Below, in pieces: positions 11,973 through 21,591 of a stretch of DNA of 64,000 nucleotides; the stretch's first letter is position 1; every line of letters starts with the position of its first letter. A model generated the notes under the pieces. The model was not told where the DNA came from and made no database searches. It worked only from the letters and a program-made list of their open reading frames with translations. Both the position numbers and the translations under genes were made by a program. This DNA comes from Vulcanimicrobiota bacterium (GTDB taxonomy: Bacteria; Vulcanimicrobiota; Xenobia; Xenobiales; JADMJV01). The stretch lies in contig JBFWNU010000001.1 in assembly GCA_050250895.1 (NCBI GenBank), positions 1,576,008-1,640,007 of the forward strand, read 5' to 3'.

Positions 11973-13047
11973 CCTTCAGGTCGGCGTGCAGCAGCCGGTG
12001 GAAGTGATACTCTCCCATCTCGATCATGGGAGCGTAGCGACCCGTGTCATAAGCGCTTGACCCCAGCCCCACCTGGACCGACTCGCAAATGCCGACATCC
12101 TCGTGCTGCACCTGGCGACTGGCCATCAGGCTCTTTTCGATGAAGTCGTCGTCGCAATCGGCGGCGAACCAGTAGTCGAAGATGGTCAAGCAACGGTCGG
12201 GCGCGAGCGGAACCACCCAGTTGAGGTCCATGATGGGTCCGTAGCGATTGAGCATCAAGTTGGGATAGAGCCAGGCATAGGCCGCTCCACCCCCCAACCG
12301 CTCGGCGAAGTCGACCCCCTCCGAATCGTCGGCCACGCTGGACCCGCAAGCCTGGATTGAGAAGCGGTCGTACAGCTTGGTCGAGTAGTTCTTCAGGTCG
12401 AGTTGCCCGGCCAGGCCTTTGTGGAGGTATTCGACGTGATAGCCTCCGTCGAGATAGTTGTCGACAAAGACCTTCCAGTTGCAAGCCAGCTCATAACTCT
12501 CGCGGCGCACGAACTTGAGGGTGGCCAGATCGCTCGGGTCGAGATGCTGCTCGAGACCGGCCATCTCTTCGGCGAAGCTACGCTCGGGTGTGCCGAAGTG
12601 GGCAAACAGTAGCGGTCCCCACTGTTCCAGCGGCAGGGGCACCAGTCCGAACTTGTCGGGTTCGAAATTCTCGACCTGACCCAGACGCGGCGCTCGGCGC
12701 AGGCTGCCGTCGAGGCGGTAGGCCCAGCCGTGATAAGGGCAGACCAGCAGGTCGGTGTTGCCTTGCCCCGTGGCCACGCAGGCGGCGTGATGGCGGCAGA
12801 CGTTGTAAAACGCCCGTAGCTGGCCGTCTTCGCCACGCACGACCACATAAGGCTCCCCCAGAAAACGGTCGGCAAAATAGTCGCCGGGGTCTTGCACCTG
12901 GCCAGTGTGACCCACATACTGCCAGGCACGGCCAAAGACCCCCTTGCGCTCCAACTCGAAGATGTCGGCGTCGGTATACCAACTGGCGGGCGGGGTGGGG
13001 GCTTCGGTCAGGGGCAACTCGGGGTTGAAGGCGTCAATCTTGGACAT
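11959..13047 (-). CDS. Rieske oxygenase alpha subunit, choline-monooxygenase-like
   Basis: Rieske CRHH...CPYHGW; NWKVFVDNYLDGGYHVEYLH; EDVGICE. Start moved to ATG 13047. Confidence 0.9.
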   Translation of the reverse strand: MSKIDAFNPELPLTEAPTPPASWYTDADIFELERKGVFGRAWQYVGHTGQVQDPGDYFADRFLGEPYVVVRGEDGQLRAFYNVCRHHAACVATGQGNTDLLVCPYHGWAYRLDGSLRRAPRLGQVENFEPDKFGLVPLPLEQWGPLLFAHFGTPERSFAEEMAGLEQHLDPSDLATLKFVRRESYELACNWKVFVDNYLDGGYHVEYLHKGLAGQLDLKNYSTKLYDRFSIQACGSSVADDSEGVDFAERLGGGAAYAWLYPNLMLNRYGPIMDLNWVVPLAPDRCLTIFDYWFAADCDDDFIEKSLMASRQVQHEDVGICESVQVGLGSSAYDTGRYAPMIEMGEYHFHRLLHADLKATEC

Positions 13048-13102
13048 AGGCGCACATTTCTTGCCCGGCAGGGGGTTTTCCCGGCGGCGGAAATAGGGTT
13101 GG

Positions 13103-13462
13103 ATGCCTGAATTGATCAAAACCCCGACGGTGCTCGAAGCACCCGGCAACAAGCCCAAGTGGATTCACGAGTACGTAGGCTGTCTCAATACCGGCGAGCA
13201 GCGTCTGAGCATCGCGCGCATGCAGGCCCCAGCCGGCTGGGTCGAGCCCGGCCAGCGCCCCGAGTTCGACGAGTGGACGTTGGTCCTGAGCGGCCAGGTG
13301 GTGGTCGAGCATGAAGAAGGGTCGCTCACGGTCGAGGCCGGCCAGGCAGTGTTGGCCCGAGCGGGAGAATGGATCCGCTACTCGACGCCGGTCGAGGCCG
13401 AGTATGTAGCCATCTGTCTGCCGGCCTTCACCATGGAAACGGTCCACCGTGATCCGGATTGA
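13103..13462 (+). CDS. Cupin domain protein (EutQ-like)
   Basis: GWVEPGQRPEFDEWTLVLSG...GEWIRYSTP. Confidence 0.85.
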   Translation: MPELIKTPTVLEAPGNKPKWIHEYVGCLNTGEQRLSIARMQAPAGWVEPGQRPEFDEWTLVLSGQVVVEHEEGSLTVEAGQAVLARAGEWIRYSTPVEAEYVAICLPAFTMETVHRDPD

Positions 13463-13483
13463 CTTTTGTGATACTATAGTCCC

Positions 13484-14065
13484 ATGTCTTCTGCGGCTGG
13501 TTTTTACGATAGTCTGCAAAAGGACTATGCTGGCTCCCCCTTCCTCGTCCGCCTCCTCAACGTTCTTGTGTCCTTCTTTGGCGCCGCTGGCGTAGCTTGT
13601 CTGCTGGCCTGGCTCTTCGTCGAAGAGCTCGAGATCAATTATGAAGACGGCTTCTTCTTCACCATCGCCGTGGCGGCGCCCCTGCTCTCGTTTTTGGCCG
13701 GTGCCCTGGCCAGCTTCAAGTTCAGCGAGAACATCACCACCAGCGAGTTGATGAACAGCATGGGCGACGACGATTTCTGGACGGTGCTCCTGCTGTGGGC
13801 CCTGTTCGGCGTTTTTTACGCTTTTCGCAACCTGTTCACCGGCAGCGGCATCGACGACAAGACCCTGCGACTCGCGGCCAACGCCATGGAAATCATCCGT
13901 CAGGAGCCGGGCCTGAGTTCGGTGCAACTCAACCACAAGTTGAGAGACTTTGGCGAAGCCAACGAAATCCGCGCTGCCGAAGCCTTCCTTCGCCGCAACG
14001 CCCTGGTCAAAGACGACGAGATGCTGGAGCTGCATCCCGCTATCAGGGGAGCAGCCTGCGGCTGA
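13484..14065 (+). CDS. Hypothetical membrane protein (3 TM helices plus possible winged-helix C-terminus)
   Basis: Three hydrophobic segments; TGn-TACTAT 6 nt before the ATG. Confidence 0.7.
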   Translation: MSSAAGFYDSLQKDYAGSPFLVRLLNVLVSFFGAAGVACLLAWLFVEELEINYEDGFFFTIAVAAPLLSFLAGALASFKFSENITTSELMNSMGDDDFWTVLLLWALFGVFYAFRNLFTGSGIDDKTLRLAANAMEIIRQEPGLSSVQLNHKLRDFGEANEIRAAEAFLRRNALVKDDEMLELHPAIRGAACG

Positions 14066-14369
14066 GATTTCGGCCTGCGGCCGACAGGGAGCGCCGACTG
14101 CGTCGGCGGGAGAAGGAGCCGTGCGCTGCGCGCGGAGGTTTCGGCCCGCGGCCGACAGGGAGCAGCCTGCGGCTGAGAGAAGGCGAAGCCGTTCCCGAAC
14201 TGAGCGACAGCTCAGTTCGCCCCTTCTTCCGGCCCGAAGGGCCGCTCCTTTTCTCTCGAGCGGAGCAAGAGCTCCTTCTCCCGGCCCGAAGGGCCGCTCC
14301 TTTTCCCTCGAGCGCAGCAAGAGCTCCTTCCCCCGAAGCGAGCTCCGCGAGCTTCGCTCCATTGCGAAG
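14046..14369. repeat. REP/BIME-like cluster of GNA-triloop hairpins around a central 10-bp hairpin, including a 52-bp tandem repeat
   Basis: CAGCC-TGC-GGCTG x2, TCGGCC-YGC-GGCCGA x2, CGCCGAC-TGC-GTCGGCG, CGAACTGAGC-GACA-GCTCAGTTCG, CGGCCC-GAA-GGGCCG x2; lies between convergent genes. Confidence 0.85.
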
Positions 14370-15161
14370 CTAGGTGCTGGCGCGCCACCAGGAGTAGTGG
14401 TTGCGCTGTAGCTCGGCTTCGCCGGGCATGGGGTAGAATTTCAGGCTGTCGCCTTCGGCCAGGAAGAAGCCGTGGCGCACGTTGCGATAGAGCATCTTGT
14501 CAAAGACCGATTGCAGGCCGATGGAGGCATTGGCGGGCTCGGGGTCGTTGAGCAGGTGGGTGATGGCGACGTTGAGCTTTTGCGGGTGAACGCCGGGAAT
14601 GGGCGGGCTCATGAAGGGGTTTTCTTGCCAGCGCCTCTGGAATTCGTCGGCGTTGAAGTCGAACTGGGTGAAGAATAGCTTGGGAGCGCCCTTGGGGTTG
14701 CCGGGGGTGGTCAGCTCTTTGCCGAAAGCACGGTGATCGTGGGTGGTGGCGATCAGCAGTTGCAACGGGTTGAGTTCTTGGATGATGCGAACTCGGCCGG
14801 TCTGTTCCGGTGGCTGGTACTCCTGGGCGTCGATCTTGAGCGTTTCGCCGTTGACGGTCACGGCATATAGAGAGCCGAGCTTGTCGAGGGGCAGGTGCTC
14901 GAGCACTCGATAGGAGCTGACGAACTTGGTTTGTTTAGGCGAACCATCTTCGTGGGCCACGGTCTGGGCGAGGTATTCGTCGATGGGGAAGAATTCGTGG
15001 CGAAAGTCGAGATCGACTTCGATGAAGAGCATCTTTCCGCTATAGTAGCGCTTGGTGCCGACCGAGTAGTGTTTGCCGAAAGCATGGGGGTCAAGCTGTG
15101 AGGCGATCAACGCTCGGTTGGGATACATGATGGCGTAGAGATGCTTTTGATGTTCGCTCAT
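14370..15161 (-). CDS. Conserved-looking hypothetical protein
   Basis: 263-aa ORF with host-like codon usage and globular composition; no recognised motif. Confidence 0.75.
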   Translation of the reverse strand: MSEHQKHLYAIMYPNRALIASQLDPHAFGKHYSVGTKRYYSGKMLFIEVDLDFRHEFFPIDEYLAQTVAHEDGSPKQTKFVSSYRVLEHLPLDKLGSLYAVTVNGETLKIDAQEYQPPEQTGRVRIIQELNPLQLLIATTHDHRAFGKELTTPGNPKGAPKLFFTQFDFNADEFQRRWQENPFMSPPIPGVHPQKLNVAITHLLNDPEPANASIGLQSVFDKMLYRNVRHGFFLAEGDSLKFYPMPGEAELQRNHYSWWRAST

Positions 15162-15170
15162 GGGGAGGGG

Positions 15171-16475
15171 TCATTCCCCGGGGGCAGAGCCCCTTCCTCC
15201 CCACCACCGTCGGCGAGCGTAGCGGGTGCCTTCGGCGACATGATAGAGCAGGCTTTGACGGGCCAAACGGCGGGAGGAGGCGGCCAGCAGAGGCTTGGTC
15301 TGCAAGGTGGCCAGGCTCACCGTCTGGAGGATGTCCTGGCCCTCGTCCTGGGTGCGAAAGACGGCCCAGTTACCGAGAGGCGAAAGGGACAGGTCGAGAG
15401 CCTCCATCTTCAAGAGATGCTGGTCGACCACCGGCTCCGCCTGGAAGTTCTCGCGGCTCAGCCGCAAGATGGCGTTTTCGTCTTGCAGCAAGAAGCTGTC
15501 CCGTTCCCGGGTCCAGAGGGCCCGATAGTGGGTGGCGCCTCCGGCCGAGAAGCGGTGAAAGGCCGTGGTCATCACGTTGGGCAGCAAGAAGAAGTGCGAG
15601 TCGAGCACGGCCAGGATTCCGACCGAGTCTGGAGACCAGGCGATAAAGGAGCGGTCGGCGGGGGCCTGGATGGTGGTCCAACGCAGGCGGGTTTCCTCGG
15701 AGTCGTATATCCAAACGCCGACGGGGCCGCCCTCACCGCTGCGCACGCACAGCGCCAGGAAGCGATGGTCGGGAGAAGGCGTGACCGATTCGACTCGCAG
15801 CTGGTCGGGCGGCGAATAGGGAATGGTCAGGTGCTTGCGAAAGCCCTTCTCTCCCGGCGCCCAGGAGAGAATCTCCAGGCCGCGCCGGGTCAGCGTGGTG
15901 CGCGGGGCTCCTGCCTCCATCTCCTGGATGTTGGCCGGGCTGTCTTGGTCGGCGCGCTCGCTCGAAGGCGGTTCCCAGGGCAGATCCGCGTGGCGCTGCA
16001 CGAAATAGATGCGGCCTCCTTCCACCCCGAGATAGCGCAGGTTAGGACGGGCGAACTCCAGCACCTGCTTACGTCCATCGAGCCACAGGAGAGCCAATTC
16101 GGGGACCGGACCGGTTCCTTCGGTCAAGGTCAGAAGGGCGGAGTCGTCGGCCACCCAGGAAAGCACCTCGACCAGGGGCGAGTCGAGCGCACTCACCATC
16201 TGGGCTTCGTCGCCGACGCGTTTGGCATACCATAGTTCTCGCCGACCGGTGGTGCGTGGAGGCTCGAGGGTGGTTCGAACAAAGGCCAGTTTGGACTCGT
16301 CTGAAGACCAGACCACCTGGCTATAGCGATAGACGGGAAGCTTCTCGAGGTTGGCGGCCACCTGGTCGAGCCAGGCCAATCCGGCGCCGATCACGACCAA
16401 CCAGGAGACTACGATGATAGCCACTTTCAGCATCGGGCGCCGAGTTGCAGTCGTGGGGGCCTGGGAACCAGCCAT
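15171..16475 (-). CDS. Membrane-anchored TolB-like beta-propeller protein
   Basis: N-terminal TM helix; WSSDESKLAFVR, PSPDHRFLA, WSPDS, LSPLGNWAVF repeats. Start 16475 or 16433. Confidence 0.7.
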   Translation of the reverse strand: MAGSQAPTTATRRPMLKVAIIVVSWLVVIGAGLAWLDQVAANLEKLPVYRYSQVVWSSDESKLAFVRTTLEPPRTTGRRELWYAKRVGDEAQMVSALDSPLVEVLSWVADDSALLTLTEGTGPVPELALLWLDGRKQVLEFARPNLRYLGVEGGRIYFVQRHADLPWEPPSSERADQDSPANIQEMEAGAPRTTLTRRGLEILSWAPGEKGFRKHLTIPYSPPDQLRVESVTPSPDHRFLALCVRSGEGGPVGVWIYDSEETRLRWTTIQAPADRSFIAWSPDSVGILAVLDSHFFLLPNVMTTAFHRFSAGGATHYRALWTRERDSFLLQDENAILRLSRENFQAEPVVDQHLLKMEALDLSLSPLGNWAVFRTQDEGQDILQTVSLATLQTKPLLAASSRRLARQSLLYHVAEGTRYARRRWWGGRGSAPGE

Positions 16476-16520
16476 TGCGACGATTTTGTTCTGTTCGCTC
16501 TCAGCCCTTCCCCCCTGGTG

Positions 16521-16592
16521 AATTTTATTCAATGTTTCTAACGTTATTCTAATGTTCTTCATGCATAGTCAGGGCCGGGCGGTTGGTATAGT
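16521..16592 (+). promoter_or_regulatory. grpE-dnaK promoter: extended -10 TGG-TATAGT preceded by ~10-bp-period AT-rich repeats
   Basis: AATTTTATTC AATGTTTCT AACGTTATTCT AATGTTCTTC (16521-16560); -10 at 16587-16592. Confidence 0.5.
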
Positions 16593-16617
16593 GAGAACCG
16601 TAGATAGGAGACGACCA

Positions 16618-17172
16618 GTGAACAACGACCAGGACCTAGCGACCGAATCGACCACGGCTACCGAGGCCCCTCCGGCCGAACCCGCCGTCGACGACCAGGG
16701 CGCTGTGATTGCCGAGCTAGAGAGCAAGTTGGCCGAACGTGACAGCCAGGTCACCGAGCTCGAAGAGCAAGTCAAGCGAGTATCGGCCGAGTTTCAGAAC
16801 TTTAGCCGGCGCCAGGAAGAAGAGCTCAAGCGACGAGCCCACCGTCTCAAAGAGGATGTGTTTCGCAGCCTGTTGCCTGTCCTGGACAATCTGGAGCGAG
16901 CTTTGGATGCCTCCAGGGCTCAGGGAACGGCTGACGCCCTGATCAAGGGTGTAGAACTGGTGGACCGCGATATGCGCAAGATTCTCGAGGAACACGGCGT
17001 GGCCGTGCTCGAGGCGAACGGGCAACCTTTCGATCCGGCCTTTCACGAAGCGGTGATGACCGAAGAGCGAGAAGATGTGCCCGACCAGACCGTCCTGCAG
17101 GAGCTACAAAAAGGCTACCTGATGGAAGGCAAAGTTTTGCGACCAAGCTTGGTCAAGGTTTCACGCTCCTAA
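16618..17172 (+). CDS. grpE: Nucleotide exchange factor GrpE
   Basis: AEFQNFSRR, LLPVLDNLERAL, FDPAFHEAV, QKGY...LRPSLVKV; GTG start after AGGAG. Confidence 0.96.
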   Translation: MNNDQDLATESTTATEAPPAEPAVDDQGAVIAELESKLAERDSQVTELEEQVKRVSAEFQNFSRRQEEELKRRAHRLKEDVFRSLLPVLDNLERALDASRAQGTADALIKGVELVDRDMRKILEEHGVAVLEANGQPFDPAFHEAVMTEEREDVPDQTVLQELQKGYLMEGKVLRPSLVKVSRS

Positions 17173-17220
17173 GCTAACAAATTTTAGGAAAGCGACTGAC
17201 TCAGTTTAAGGAGGAAGATT

Positions 17221-19059
17221 ATGTCAAAGGTTGTTGGAATCGACCTTGGAACGACCAATTCATGTATCTCCGTGATGGAAGGCGGCAAGCCTATCGTCAT
17301 CGCTAACGCCGAGGGAGGTCGCACCACTCCGTCAGTGGTCGGCTTCTCCAAGTCCGGAGAACGTCTGGTGGGCGAGATGGCCAAGCGCCAGGCGGTGAGC
17401 AATCCCGACCGCACCGTCATCTCGATTAAACGCGAGATGGGAACCGACCATCGCGTCAAGATTGACGACACGAAGTATTCGCCCGAAGAAATTTCGGCGA
17501 TGATTCTGACCAAGCTCAAGGAGGACGCCGAGTCCTATCTGGGTGGCGAGATCAAGCAGGCGGTCATTACCGTGCCCGCTTACTTCAACGACTCGCAGCG
17601 CCAGGCCACCAAGAATGCCGGCACCATCGCCGGGCTCGAGGTCCTGCGCATCATTAACGAGCCGACCGCGGCCGCCCTGGCCTACGGTCTGGACAAGCAA
17701 GACGACACGCTGACCGTCATCGTCTTCGACCTGGGCGGCGGTACCTTCGACGTCTCGGTGCTCGAAATCGGTGAAGGCGTGTTCGAAGTGAAAGCCACCG
17801 CTGGCGACACCCGCCTGGGTGGCGACGACTGGGACGAGCGCATCATGAAGTATGTGGCCGAAGAGTTCCAGCGCGAGCACGGCGTTGACTTGCTCAAGGA
17901 CAAGATGGCCCATCAGCGTCTTAAGGATGCGGCCGAGAAAGCCAAGATCGAGCTGTCGCAGAAGCTGCAGACCAACATCAATCTGCCGTTTATCACTGCC
18001 GACGCCAACGGTCCCAAGCACCTCGATGTCGACATCTCGCGGGCCAAATTCGAAAGTCTGACTTCAGACTTGCTGGACCGTTGCGCCTCGCCCTGCGAAC
18101 AGGCGATGGGCGACGCCAAGCTGTCGAAGAAAGACATCGACCGTGTGCTGTTGGTGGGTGGTTCCACCCGTATGCCGATGATCACCGAGTTCGTCAAGAA
18201 GATGTTCGGCAAGGATCCGTCCAAGGACATCAACCCTGACGAGTGTGTGGCTCTCGGCGCCGGCATCCAGGGCGCTGTGCTCTCGGGCGAAGTCAAAGAC
18301 GTGGTGCTGGTCGACGTCACCCCGCTAACCCTGGGTATCGAAACCCTGGGCGGCGTGATGACCAAGCTCATCCCGCGCAACACGGCTATCCCCACCGAGA
18401 AGTCCGAGACCTTCTCGACGGCGGCCGACATGCAGACCAGTGTAGAAGTGCACGTGCTTCAGGGTGAGCGCGAGATGGCTCGCGACAACAAGACTCTGGG
18501 CCGGTTCCACCTCAGCGACATCCCGCCCGCCCCGCGCGGCGTGCCTCAGATCGAGGTGACCTTCAAGCTCGACTCCAACGGTATCCTCAACGTCACGGCT
18601 CGTGACCGGGGCACCAACAACGAGCAGAAGATCACCATCACTGCCAGCACCAACCTGTCCAAGGACGATGTGGAGCGGATGGTCAAAGACGCCGAGAAAT
18701 ATGCCGGCGAGGATGCCAAGCGCCGCGAGTCGATCGAGGCCAAGAACCAGGCCGACTCGATGCTCTACGCTTCCGAGAAGACGCTCAAAGATCTGGGCGA
18801 CAAAGTTTCGGCCGATGCCAAAGGCAAGGTCGAGGCGGCTCAGGAGCGTCTCAAGAAGGTGCTCGAAGCTGCCGAACCGGATGCGGCCGAACTCAAGAGT
18901 GCGATGGAACAACTCCAGCAAGCACTCTACGAGGTCTCGTCTAATCTCTACGGACAGCAGGGCGCACCCGGAGGCGAAGGGCCGACCGAGTCGCCGGGCG
19001 GCGACGACGGACCCGTCGAGGGCGAGGTCGTCGAGGCCGAATACGAAGTCAAGGACTAA
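17221..19059 (+). CDS. dnaK: Chaperone DnaK
   Basis: [31 protein letters not shown]; lacks the proteobacterial N-terminal insert. Confidence 0.99.
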   Translation: MSKVVGIDLGTTNSCISVMEGGKPIVIANAEGGRTTPSVVGFSKSGERLVGEMAKRQAVSNPDRTVISIKREMGTDHRVKIDDTKYSPEEISAMILTKLKEDAESYLGGEIKQAVITVPAYFNDSQRQATKNAGTIAGLEVLRIINEPTAAALAYGLDKQDDTLTVIVFDLGGGTFDVSVLEIGEGVFEVKATAGDTRLGGDDWDERIMKYVAEEFQREHGVDLLKDKMAHQRLKDAAEKAKIELSQKLQTNINLPFITADANGPKHLDVDISRAKFESLTSDLLDRCASPCEQAMGDAKLSKKDIDRVLLVGGSTRMPMITEFVKKMFGKDPSKDINPDECVALGAGIQGAVLSGEVKDVVLVDVTPLTLGIETLGGVMTKLIPRNTAIPTEKSETFSTAADMQTSVEVHVLQGEREMARDNKTLGRFHLSDIPPAPRGVPQIEVTFKLDSNGILNVTARDRGTNNEQKITITASTNLSKDDVERMVKDAEKYAGEDAKRRESIEAKNQADSMLYASEKTLKDLGDKVSADAKGKVEAAQERLKKVLEAAEPDAAELKSAMEQLQQALYEVSSNLYGQQGAPGGEGPTESPGGDDGPVEGEVVEAEYEVKD

Positions 19060-19071
19060 CAGCCCTGAGAT

Positions 19072-19099
19072 GGCCCGCCCTGAAAGGGGCGGGCCTTTT
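19072..19099 (+). terminator. Intrinsic terminator between dnaK and dnaJ
   Basis: GGCCCGCCCT-GAAA-GGGGCGGGCC-TTTT. Confidence 0.8.
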
Positions 19100-19113
19100 A
19101 CCTCGAGAGGGAG

Positions 19114-20112
19114 GTGAGCGAGATTTCCTACAAAGACTATTACAAGATTCTGGGCGTCGGCAAAGGCGCCAGCGAAAAAGAGATCAAATCGGCCTACCGC
19201 AAGCTTGCTCGCCAGTATCACCCCGACGTGAATCCCGGTGACAAATCGGCCGAAGAGCGCTTCCAGGATATCAACGAGGCCTATGAGGTTCTTAAGGATA
19301 CCGAGAAGCGGCAGCAATACGACCGATTCGGCTCCCAGTGGAAGCAGGCTTCGGCCGCCGGAGGCAGAGGGCCGGGACCCGGTCAGCACGGGTTCGACTT
19401 CGACTTCTCGGGCTTTGGCTTCGGCGGAGGCGGCGGGGGTGGCGGTTTCTCGGATTTTGTCGAGCAGATGTTCGGCGGAGCCGGCCGGCGCGGTGCTCCT
19501 CGGGCTGCCCAGGGGGCCAACGCCCGGGCCGACATCGAGGTTAGCCTCGAGGAAGCTTTTAGCGGCGCCGTGCGCAGCCTGACCCTGACCCAGCAAAAAC
19601 AGTGTCCCAACTGCGGCGGCGTGGGCGTGACCTCGAGCGGTGTCTGCGCTGCCTGTAATGGGCAGGGACAACAGCGCAAGGAGCGTCGCCTGGAAGTCAA
19701 GATCCCGGCCGGGGTGACCGACGGCTCCAAGATTCGAGTCCGTGGTGAAGGAGAGCCGGGCCGAGGGGGCGGCAAGCCGGGTGACCTTTTCCTGACGGTC
19801 AAGTTGGCCAAGCATCCCGTGTTCGAGGTCAAAGGCCACGATCTTTACTGCGAGCAGACGGTTTCGGTCTATGACGCGGTGCTCGGGGGAGAGACCAGCC
19901 TCAAGACCCTCAAGGGCGAGGTCAATCTCAAGATCCCCGCAGGTTCTCAGGGAGGCGCCAAGATGCGTCTCAAGGGACTGGGTCTGCCCCGTTCCGGCGG
20001 AAAGGCGGTCGGCGATCTCTATGTGGTTTTACGGCTGAAGGTTCCCACCGAGCTGTCCGAGCGTCAGCGCGCGTTGTATGAAGAATTGGCCGCTCTCGAG
20101 CGCCAGGCGTAA
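19114..20112 (+). CDS. dnaJ: DnaJ-family co-chaperone (J domain, G/F region, half zinc finger, C-terminal domain)
   Basis: [12 protein letters not shown] motif, CPNCGGVG and [16 protein letters not shown]. Confidence 0.9.
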   Translation: MSEISYKDYYKILGVGKGASEKEIKSAYRKLARQYHPDVNPGDKSAEERFQDINEAYEVLKDTEKRQQYDRFGSQWKQASAAGGRGPGPGQHGFDFDFSGFGFGGGGGGGGFSDFVEQMFGGAGRRGAPRAAQGANARADIEVSLEEAFSGAVRSLTLTQQKQCPNCGGVGVTSSGVCAACNGQGQQRKERRLEVKIPAGVTDGSKIRVRGEGEPGRGGGKPGDLFLTVKLAKHPVFEVKGHDLYCEQTVSVYDAVLGGETSLKTLKGEVNLKIPAGSQGGAKMRLKGLGLPRSGGKAVGDLYVVLRLKVPTELSERQRALYEELAALERQA

Positions 20113-20175
20113 CCCATCCGCCGCGCTATGGTTAAAAGCACTACACAACCTCTCAAGAAAGGAAGGCGGTTTCCG

Positions 20176-21591
20176 TTGAACAGAAATTCAACTGTCTGGG
20201 TCATGCTCGCACTCTTTGTAGTGGGAGTTTCTCTGGGCGTGTTCCGGACCAAGATTCAACACGGCGACCCGCTGGTGGGTCTGGTGGCCCAGGCGTCGCC
20301 CCTCGTCCCCCCCGGCCAACGGGATCAGCAAATACGCCAGGAGCTGGGTACTTTTGCCCGCCTGGCCAAAGACCTCAAGCCTTCAGTGGTCAACATTTCG
20401 GTGGTCAAGTCGGTGGAGGACCCTCGTATCATCTTTCCCTTTGGACCGGGCGGCCAGGCTCCCGAGTCCAGCGGGCAGGGCAGCGGCGTGATCATTTCGG
20501 CCGACGGTGACGTGGTGACTAATAACCACGTGGTGGAGGGGGCCAACGACATCCGGGTCACCCTTCACGACGGACGCGAACTCAAAGCGACGGTGATCGG
20601 GACCGACCCCAAGACCGACCTGGCCCTGCTCAAGGTGGAGGGTCAGAATTTGCCGGCCGCCAACCTGGGTGACTCGGATAGTCTGGCCGTGGGCGACTGG
20701 GTGATGGCCATCGGCAACCCGTTCGGTCTGGAAGCCACCGTGACCGTGGGCGTTCTCAGCGGCAAAGGCCGCGTTATCGGCGCCGGCCCCTATGACGATT
20801 TCTTGCAGACCGACGCGTCCATCAACCCGGGGAATAGTGGCGGACCGCTCTTCAATACCTCGGGCGAAGTGGTGGGTATCAACACCGCTATCATTCGTGG
20901 TGGACAGGGCATCGGTTTTTCGATTCCTATCAATCTGGCCAAGTTCATCGTGGGCCAGCTCAAGAGCGAAGGCTCGGTCACCCGCGGCTTTGTCGGTCTC
21001 GGCATTCAAGCACTGACTCCCCAATTGCGAGCTGGTCTCGAGTTGCCTGACGACCTGGAAGGCGCCCTGGTTTCGTCGGTGGTGCCCGAAGGCCCCGCCG
21101 CCCAGGCCGGTGCCCAGGTAGAGGATGTGGTGGTATCCCTGGATGGGCGTCCCATCAAGTCCGACCGTGAGCTGCTCGATGCAGTGGCCCGCACTCCCGT
21201 GGGTAATACGGCCACCCTGCGCGTGTTCCGCGACGGCAAGACGAGAGACCTGACGGTGACCGTCGCCCGTCGCCCTGACGAGCAGACCTCGGCCCGCCCT
21301 CAGACCAACTCCAACTCGCCGGCCCTGGGCGTGCATGTGCGCGAGCTGACTCCCGATATCGCGGCTCAGCTGGGAACCGATGATACCGACGGTGTCCTCA
21401 TCGTTGATGTGGTTCCCTCCACTCCGGCCGCTCGGGCCGGTCTGCAACCGGGTGATATCGTGCGCAAGGTGGGCAGTCACGAAGTCGACAACACGAGTGA
21501 CTTCCTGGCCCAGGTCCATAACCAGAAAGGCGATATGGCTCTCTTGATCGAGAGGCAGGGAAGAACGGTGTTTGTCGTCGTAGGAAGCTGA
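20176..21591 (+). CDS. degP: DegP/HtrA serine protease with two PDZ domains
   Basis: TNNHVV, DLALLK, INPGNSGGPL; TTG start after GGAAGG. Confidence 0.93.
   Translation: MNRNSTVWVMLALFVVGVSLGVFRTKIQHGDPLVGLVAQASPLVPPGQRDQQIRQELGTFARLAKDLKPSVVNISVVKSVEDPRIIFPFGPGGQAPESSGQGSGVIISADGDVVTNNHVVEGANDIRVTLHDGRELKATVIGTDPKTDLALLKVEGQNLPAANLGDSDSLAVGDWVMAIGNPFGLEATVTVGVLSGKGRVIGAGPYDDFLQTDASINPGNSGGPLFNTSGEVVGINTAIIRGGQGIGFSIPINLAKFIVGQLKSEGSVTRGFVGLGIQALTPQLRAGLELPDDLEGALVSSVVPEGPAAQAGAQVEDVVVSLDGRPIKSDRELLDAVARTPVGNTATLRVFRDGKTRDLTVTVARRPDEQTSARPQTNSNSPALGVHVRELTPDIAAQLGTDDTDGVLIVDVVPSTPAARAGLQPGDIVRKVGSHEVDNTSDFLAQVHNQKGDMALLIERQGRTVFVVVGS

Noticed and set aside
11960-11990. TAGCACTC half-CIRCE (also near 51661)
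   Set aside because: No second arm, and located at gene ends or inside coding sequence
14046-14369. Possible CRISPR array or integron attC sites
   Set aside because: No constant repeat with unique spacers, no cas or intI gene, no attC R/L boxes
13034-14411. ORFs 13034-14362, 13795-14373 and 13950-14411 crossing the hairpin cluster
   Set aside because: They overlap real genes and simply translate stop-poor GC repeats
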